Positions 58,795 to 64,000 of a stretch of 64,000 nucleotides of DNA are shown in pieces. This DNA is from an uncultured Acidimicrobiaceae bacterium (GTDB lineage: Bacteria; Actinomycetota; Acidimicrobiia; Acidimicrobiales; Bog-793). Every line of letters starts with the position of its first letter. Within the stretch, counting starts at the first letter, position 1. The position numbers and the translations under genes are program-made. The stretch is from the NCBI GenBank assembly GCA_963727645.1, contig CAVSHA010000011.1, positions 64,233-128,232 on the forward strand, read 5' to 3'. The notes under the pieces were generated by a model. The model did not search any database. It was given only the letters and a program-made list of their open reading frames with translations, and was not told the origin of the DNA.

Positions 58795-59543
58795 GCGCGA
58801 ACAAGGGCCCCTGGGAGCGCCACGCCATCTGGTGGCGCGAGACGTTCACCAACGGGGCAGACCTCGAATACGAGCTCCAGATCCTTCCGCTCGCTCAGTC
58901 GCACCTGGAGGGCGCTTCGCGCGTGCTGGACCTCGGAAGCGGTGAAGGCCATCTCGCCCGACGTCTTGTGCGAGGGACCCCCGAGCCCGAGATCGTCGTC
59001 GGGCTCGAACCGGCCGTCGCCCAGCTGGCGGGCGCCATCGGCCAAGGCGGTGGCCCTAGGTACGTGCGGGGTGTGGGCGAGCGCCTCCCGTTCCGGGACG
59101 GTTCCTTCGACGGGGTCGTCTGTTGCCTGGTGATCGAGCATTCCTCCGACCCGGACGCCTTGCTGGCCGAGGCGGTCCGGGTGCTCGCCGTCGGCGGCCG
59201 GCTCCTGCTGCTCATCAATCACCCGATGTTCCAGGGGACCGGGAGTGGCTTCGTGGACGACCAGGTCATTGGCGAGCACTACTGGCGTGTTGGTCCGTAC
59301 CTGCGCGAGGACACCGTCTTGGAGGAGGTCGACCCAGGCGTGTGGCTGCCGTTCGCCCACCGTCCGCTGTCGCGGTATGTCAATCCCGTCACTGACCTCG
59401 GCTGTGTGCTCACGCGCCTCGAGGAGCCCGTGCCGCCGTTAGCCTTTCTCGAGGGTTCGATCGACCTCGAGCTCGAGTCCGCGATCCCGCGGTTGCTGTT
59501 GCTCCGCTTTGAGAGACAGCGCGCCGAGCAGATGGGAAACTAG
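58791..59543 (+). CDS. class I SAM-dependent methyltransferase
   Basis: RVLDLGSGEGHLA (motif I), FDGVVCCLVIEH and LAVGGRLLLLINHP. The ATG overlaps the uvrC stop (ATGA). Confidence 0.8.
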   Translation: MSANKGPWERHAIWWRETFTNGADLEYELQILPLAQSHLEGASRVLDLGSGEGHLARRLVRGTPEPEIVVGLEPAVAQLAGAIGQGGGPRYVRGVGERLPFRDGSFDGVVCCLVIEHSSDPDALLAEAVRVLAVGGRLLLLINHPMFQGTGSGFVDDQVIGEHYWRVGPYLREDTVLEEVDPGVWLPFAHRPLSRYVNPVTDLGCVLTRLEEPVPPLAFLEGSIDLELESAIPRLLLLRFERQRAEQMGN

Positions 59544-59548
59544 AACCG

Positions 59549-60403
59549 ATGGCCGAGTATCTGATCCTTGTCGGCATGTCGGGAGCCGGGCGGTCAACCG
59601 CGGCGGCGACGTTCGAGGACCGTGGCTGGTTCGTGATCGACAACCTGCCACCCGCGCTTATCGGCAAGATCGCCGAGCTCACGAGCCAGGCGGGCGCAGA
59701 GTACGAACGGGTGTGCCTGGTATCGGGACGCGGAGGCTACGAGGGCATCGCCGAGCTGGCGCCGGAGATCAGACGCCTGCGCTCGACAGGCGCGCGCGTC
59801 CGGGTGGTCTTTCTGGACGCCCCCAATGAAGTCCTCGTCCGTCGGTACGAGGGCACGCGCCGGCGGCACCCGGTGGAGGCCAACAGCGTGCTCTCGGCCA
59901 TCCGCCAAGAACGTGAGATGCTCGACAGCCTGCATGAAGAGGCCGACGTGGTGGTCGAGACCGGGAACCTGAACGTGCACGAACTGCGCGACCGCCTGAT
60001 CGAGCTCGTCGACGGCGTCGGCACCGTGGCGGGCATGCAGACCGCGGTCGTGTCGTTCGGTTTCAAGCACGGGATCCCGCTCGATGTCGACCTGGTCTTC
60101 GACTGCCGTTTCCTGCCCAATCCTCATTGGGTTACCAGGCTTCGACCCTTGAGCGGGCTGGACCCGGAGGTGCGTGACTACGTCCTCGGCAACGAGGAAG
60201 CCAAAGAGCTCCTCGACCGCCTGGATGACCTGTTCGCGCTTCTGCTTCCCGCCTACGCCCGAGAGGGCAAGTCCTACCTTTCGATCGCGATCGGCTGCAC
60301 GGGTGGGCGTCACCGTTCGGTCGTGCTGGCCGACGAGATCGCCGAGCGGATCCGCCGGCGCGGCTATGCGCCGGTCGTGCACCACCGGGACATCGACTTG
60401 TGA
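59549..60403 (+). CDS. rapZ: RNase adapter / nucleotide-binding protein RapZ (YvcJ)
   Basis: LILVGMSGAGRSTAAATFEDRGWFVIDNLPPAL, DCRFLPNPHW, and IGCTGGRHRSVVLADE. Confidence 0.93.
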   Translation: MAEYLILVGMSGAGRSTAAATFEDRGWFVIDNLPPALIGKIAELTSQAGAEYERVCLVSGRGGYEGIAELAPEIRRLRSTGARVRVVFLDAPNEVLVRRYEGTRRRHPVEANSVLSAIRQEREMLDSLHEEADVVVETGNLNVHELRDRLIELVDGVGTVAGMQTAVVSFGFKHGIPLDVDLVFDCRFLPNPHWVTRLRPLSGLDPEVRDYVLGNEEAKELLDRLDDLFALLLPAYAREGKSYLSIAIGCTGGRHRSVVLADEIAERIRRRGYAPVVHHRDIDL

Positions 60404-61380
60404 GTCGACGAGCCACCGGCGACGCCCCGAGAGTGGTCGCCATCGGGGGTGGCCATGGGCTTGCCCAGACCCTCAAGGCGGCTCGGCGGTATTCCGTTGA
60501 GCTCACGGCAGTGGTCTCGGTAGCCGACGACGGCGGCTCGAGTGGCCGGCTGCGTGAGCTGCTTGGAATTCCGGCTCCCGGTGACCTCCGGCGCTGCATC
60601 GGTGCGCTGCTGCCGGAACCGTCGCCGCTGGGTGACGCCCTCGAGTATCGCTTCGCCTCCGGCGAGCTCGCCGGCCACGCATTTGGCAACCTGCTCATAG
60701 CAGCACTGGCGTCCACGACCGGAGACTTCCCGTCCGGTGTTGAGGAGGCGGCCCGAGTGCTCGGGGCCGTCGGTCGTGTGTTTCCGGCCACGGAGGGTCC
60801 AGTTGTGTTGAAGGCGCAGACGGCTTCCGGCGAGCTCATCGGCCAGGCCCGGGTGAGCAAGGGCGAGGCGATTGCGACGGTGTCGCTCGGCCCGCCCGGT
60901 GCAAGGCCACCGCCGGCTGTTCTCCGGGCGATTGGGGAGGCGGATCAGATCGTGCTCGGCCCGGGGTCGCTGTTCACGAGTGTTCTCGCTGCTTGTGTTG
61001 TGCCGGGGATCCGTGAGGCCCTCAGTTCCACGCGAGCCAAACGCGTCTACGTCGCGAACCTGCGCGAGCAGCTGCCCGAGACGGCCGGATTCGACGTCGC
61101 GCGGCTCGTTGGGGCGCTACGTGCGCATGGTGTCGATGTCGATGTCGTCTTGGCAGACGCCGCCGGGCTCCCGGTCGGCGAATTCCCTGTCGACACCGCC
61201 CTTGTGCTCGCGGATGTGGGTGGCGCGGGACTTCGCGAGCACGACCCGAAGCTGCTCGGGGCTGAGCTCGCCTTGCTCGTCAACGACGACGTTTTGCGGC
61301 TGGCGGGGCCTGTGAGAGACAATGGACCTGTTCCCACGAGCGGTAAAGCCGTTTCGAAAGAGCATTCGCGAGAAAGGTGA
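60400..61380 (+). CDS. yvcK: gluconeogenesis factor YvcK/CuvA (CofD-like family)
   Basis: VVAIGGGHGLAQTLKA, VVSVADDGGSSGRLR, PGDLRRC and LGPGSLFTSVLA. Confidence 0.9.
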   Translation: MSRRATGDAPRVVAIGGGHGLAQTLKAARRYSVELTAVVSVADDGGSSGRLRELLGIPAPGDLRRCIGALLPEPSPLGDALEYRFASGELAGHAFGNLLIAALASTTGDFPSGVEEAARVLGAVGRVFPATEGPVVLKAQTASGELIGQARVSKGEAIATVSLGPPGARPPPAVLRAIGEADQIVLGPGSLFTSVLAACVVPGIREALSSTRAKRVYVANLREQLPETAGFDVARLVGALRAHGVDVDVVLADAAGLPVGEFPVDTALVLADVGGAGLREHDPKLLGAELALLVNDDVLRLAGPVRDNGPVPTSGKAVSKEHSRER

Positions 61381-62423
61381 TCGAGTTGAGCGTTCGCATC
61401 GGCATCAACGGCTTTGGGCGGATCGGGAGGAATCTCCTGCGATCCGTTATCGCTCTCGAGACCAAGTCCGGGGAGTCCTCGGGCATCGAGATCGTCGCTG
61501 TCAACGATCTCGTCTCGCGCGAGGCAAACGTGCACCTTCTCCGCTACGACTCCACTTTCGGCCGCCTCGACGTCGACGTGGCCCAGACCGACAAGGGCTT
61601 CAAGGTCGGTGGACGTGAGATAATCGTCTTGGAAGAGAAGGACCCCAAGGCGATCGCATGGGGCAGCCTGGGCGTCGACGTCGTGATCGAGTCCACGGGG
61701 CGTTTCACCAGCCGTGAGGGCGCCAGTGGCCACCTCGAGGGTGGTGCCAAGCGTGTGATCATCTCGGCGCCCGGCAAGGAGGTCGACGCGACGTTCGTCG
61801 TCGGAGTGAACGACGACACGTTCGACCCCGCCAAGCACTTTGTCGTTTCCGCGGCTTCCTGCACGACGAACTGCCTCGTGCCGATGGTCAAGGTCCTGGA
61901 GGACTCCTTCGGTCTTCGCCAGGGGCTCATGACGACCATCCACGCCTACACCAACGACCAGAATGTGCTCGACCTCGGGCGATCCAATCTTCGCCGGGCG
62001 CGGGCCGCGGCTGTGAACATCATCCCCTCGACGACTGGAGCCGCTCGCGCGACCAGCCTCGTCGTGGAGGCGATGAAGGGTCGGCTCGACGGCCAGGCGC
62101 TGCGCGTGCCGGTGGTCGACGGCTCGATCACGGACCTCACGGCAGTGCTGGGCGCCAAGGTGAGCGCCGGCGACATCAACGAAGCCTTCCGGGTTGCCTC
62201 GGAGACCGACCGTCTCCGCGGGATCCTCGTGTACAACACCGAGGAGATCGTCTCGACCGACATCATCGGAACCCCCGCCTCGTGCACCTTCGACTCGACG
62301 CTCACAATGGCCATCGCCATCGACGAGGCGACCACGCTCGCCAAGGTGCTCGGCTGGTACGACAACGAGTGGGGCTACTCGAACCGCCTGATCGACCTCG
62401 CTCGGCTGATCGGCGCAGCATGA
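61377..62423 (+). CDS. gap: type I glyceraldehyde-3-phosphate dehydrogenase
   Basis: RIGINGFGRIGRN, SAASCTTNCLVP (catalytic Cys) and WYDNEWGYSNR. Confidence 0.96.
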   Translation: MIELSVRIGINGFGRIGRNLLRSVIALETKSGESSGIEIVAVNDLVSREANVHLLRYDSTFGRLDVDVAQTDKGFKVGGREIIVLEEKDPKAIAWGSLGVDVVIESTGRFTSREGASGHLEGGAKRVIISAPGKEVDATFVVGVNDDTFDPAKHFVVSAASCTTNCLVPMVKVLEDSFGLRQGLMTTIHAYTNDQNVLDLGRSNLRRARAAAVNIIPSTTGAARATSLVVEAMKGRLDGQALRVPVVDGSITDLTAVLGAKVSAGDINEAFRVASETDRLRGILVYNTEEIVSTDIIGTPASCTFDSTLTMAIAIDEATTLAKVLGWYDNEWGYSNRLIDLARLIGAA

Positions 62424-62433
62424 CCGGACTGTC

Positions 62434-63618
62434 GTGACCCGGCGCGTTCCACTCCTGGAGGACCTCGGGGAACTGGACGGTAAGAGCGTCCTCGTCCGGC
62501 TCGACCTCAACGTCCCGCTCGCCGAGACACCGGAGGGCGACCGTGTGGTTGCCGACGACTTCAGGATCCGGGCGGCCCTGCCGACTCTGTTCTGGCTGCG
62601 TGACCACGGAGCTCGCATCACCGCGTGCTCGCACCTCGGCCGGCCGAAGGGCAAGCCTGACCCCAAGTACGACATGGCACCGGTCAGGGCGCGGCTCGAC
62701 GAGCTGATCGGCGGCGTCGAGTTGCTGGAGAACCTTCGCTTCTCGCCAGGCGAGGAGGCGAACGACCCCGACTTCGTTCTCGAGCTTGTCAAAGGCCACG
62801 ACGCTTACGTCAATGACGCGTTCGGCTCCTCACATCGGGCCCATGCCTCGGTGGTGGGCCCGCCGAAGTACCTGCCTTCGGCAGCGGGTCGCCTGCTGGC
62901 TCGTGAGGTCGAGGTTCTGACCGGCTTGCTCGACGAGCCGGTGCGGCCGTTTGTCGTGATCCTCGGCGGCGCCAAGGTGAAGGACAAGATCGGAGTCCTG
63001 CGTTCTCTCGCGGCGCGAGCAGACACGGTGCTCGTGGGTGGGGGAATGTCGTTCACGTTCCTCGAGGCGCTCGGTCACTCGGTCGGAGCCTCTCTTACGG
63101 ACCCGACCCATCTGGAGGCCTGCAAGGAGCTCCTCGGCTCACCAGGGCATCTGATCCTGCCCGTCGACGCTGTGGCGTTGGCGCCCGGCCGGAAGCTCAG
63201 CATCGAGCTCCAGGGCGCTCCCGAAGAGCCGACGAACGTCGGTCACGTGGGGCCCGATGTTGAGACCTTCGGATTGGAAATACCCGAAGGCTGGCGCGGG
63301 GTCGACATCGGACCGGCCACGGTCGAACTGTTCGCCGGGGTAATTGCCTCGGCGGGCACGGTGCTTTGGAACGGGCCAATGGGCGTGTTCGAGGACGACC
63401 GCTTTGCCGAGGGAACCAGAGCCATTGCGCAAGCGATGGCGCGGTGCCCGGGCCGTACGGTCGTCGGCGGCGGAGACAGCGCTGCGGCGCTGGCCCAGCT
63501 CGGCCTCAAGGACAAGATCGACCACGTCTCCACAGGCGGTGGCGCCACGCTCGAGTTGCTCGAGTTCGGTGACCTCCCAGGTCTTGCCGCGCTTCGTGCA
63601 GCGCCGAATGCCAAGTAG
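62434..63618 (+). CDS. pgk: phosphoglycerate kinase
   Basis: VLVRLDLNVPL, ACSHLGRPKG, NLRF..GEE.ND, GGAKV.DKI and WNGPMGVFE. Confidence 0.96.
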   Translation: MTRRVPLLEDLGELDGKSVLVRLDLNVPLAETPEGDRVVADDFRIRAALPTLFWLRDHGARITACSHLGRPKGKPDPKYDMAPVRARLDELIGGVELLENLRFSPGEEANDPDFVLELVKGHDAYVNDAFGSSHRAHASVVGPPKYLPSAAGRLLAREVEVLTGLLDEPVRPFVVILGGAKVKDKIGVLRSLAARADTVLVGGGMSFTFLEALGHSVGASLTDPTHLEACKELLGSPGHLILPVDAVALAPGRKLSIELQGAPEEPTNVGHVGPDVETFGLEIPEGWRGVDIGPATVELFAGVIASAGTVLWNGPMGVFEDDRFAEGTRAIAQAMARCPGRTVVGGGDSAAALAQLGLKDKIDHVSTGGGATLELLEFGDLPGLAALRAAPNAK

Positions 63619-63687
63619 GAAGCCCGTGACGAGGTGCGGTGGGGCGCCGACAGTCGCGGAAGAGCCGATGAGCCCGGAGGCGCGTCC

Positions 63688-64000
63688 ATGAGCGCGAGGG
63701 ACAGTGGTCGCAGGCTGCTGGTCAGTGGCAACTGGAAGATGAACCACACCCATTACGAAGCGATCCAGGTTGTGCAGAAGCTTGCCGCGCTCCTGCGAGC
63801 CGCCCCGCTCCCGGATGACACAGATGTCTCGTTGCATCCGTCGTTCACGTGCCTGCGATCGGTCCAGACCGCGCTCGAGTCCGATTCGGTACCTATCGCG
63901 CTAGGCGCTCAGACTTGTCACTTCGAGGACTCGGGCGCTTACACCGGCGAGGTGAGCGCCGAGATGCTGTCGAAGCTCAACGTTCGCTACGTGATCGTTG
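63688..64000 (+). CDS. tpiA: triose-phosphate isomerase, 3'-truncated by the window edge
   Basis: ATG at 63688. LLVSGNWKMNHTH...GAQTCHFEDSGAYTGEVSAEMLSKLNVRYVIV carries the NWKMN and GA(F/Y)TGE motifs. It is absent from the ORF track because there is no stop codon in the window. Confidence 0.9.
   Translation, partial: MSARDSGRRLLVSGNWKMNHTHYEAIQVVQKLAALLRAAPLPDDTDVSLHPSFTCLRSVQTALESDSVPIALGAQTCHFEDSGAYTGEVSAEMLSKLNVRYVIV

Overview
High-GC Actinomycetota-type chromosome segment. The right half (29.6-64 kb) is a conserved housekeeping backbone: an ECF-type ABC transporter, pdtaR, polA, rpsA, a 10-kb cell-envelope glycosyltransferase cluster, coaE, uvrB, uvrA, nadA, uvrC, rapZ, yvcK, gap, pgk and tpiA. 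The left half (1-29.5 kb) is accessory: secreted repeat proteins, an MMPL transporter, TetR regulators, and dense nested mobile DNA. The most notable result is two related, cargo-less elements of about 3.1-3.3 kb, each encoding a large serine recombinase (LSR). Each sits precisely inside the catalytic-core coding sequence of another mobile element. LSR-E1 (10893..14201) splits an IS3 transposase at CWD|NAVAE. LSR-E2 (23929..27005) splits a group II intron reverse transcriptase at GDIKSC|FDEISH. For both, the empty target site and a 19-2-19 inverted-repeat attP can be rebuilt directly from the junctions. LSR-E2 is the innermost layer of a four-level nest: a tRNA-Leu(CAA) genomic island (17455..29470, exact 23-bp direct repeats) contains a truncated IS110-family gene fused to a truncated integrase. 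That gene contains a group II intron, which contains LSR-E2. Other observations are listed below.
- Three apparent frameshifts: a TetR gene, the ECF ATPase pair, and an AftD-like GT-C gene.
- A 38-bp hairpin-containing tandem repeat that the IS3 element inserted into.
- No whiA between yvcK and gap.
- Many long antisense ORFs in the track are high-GC artefacts and were rejected.
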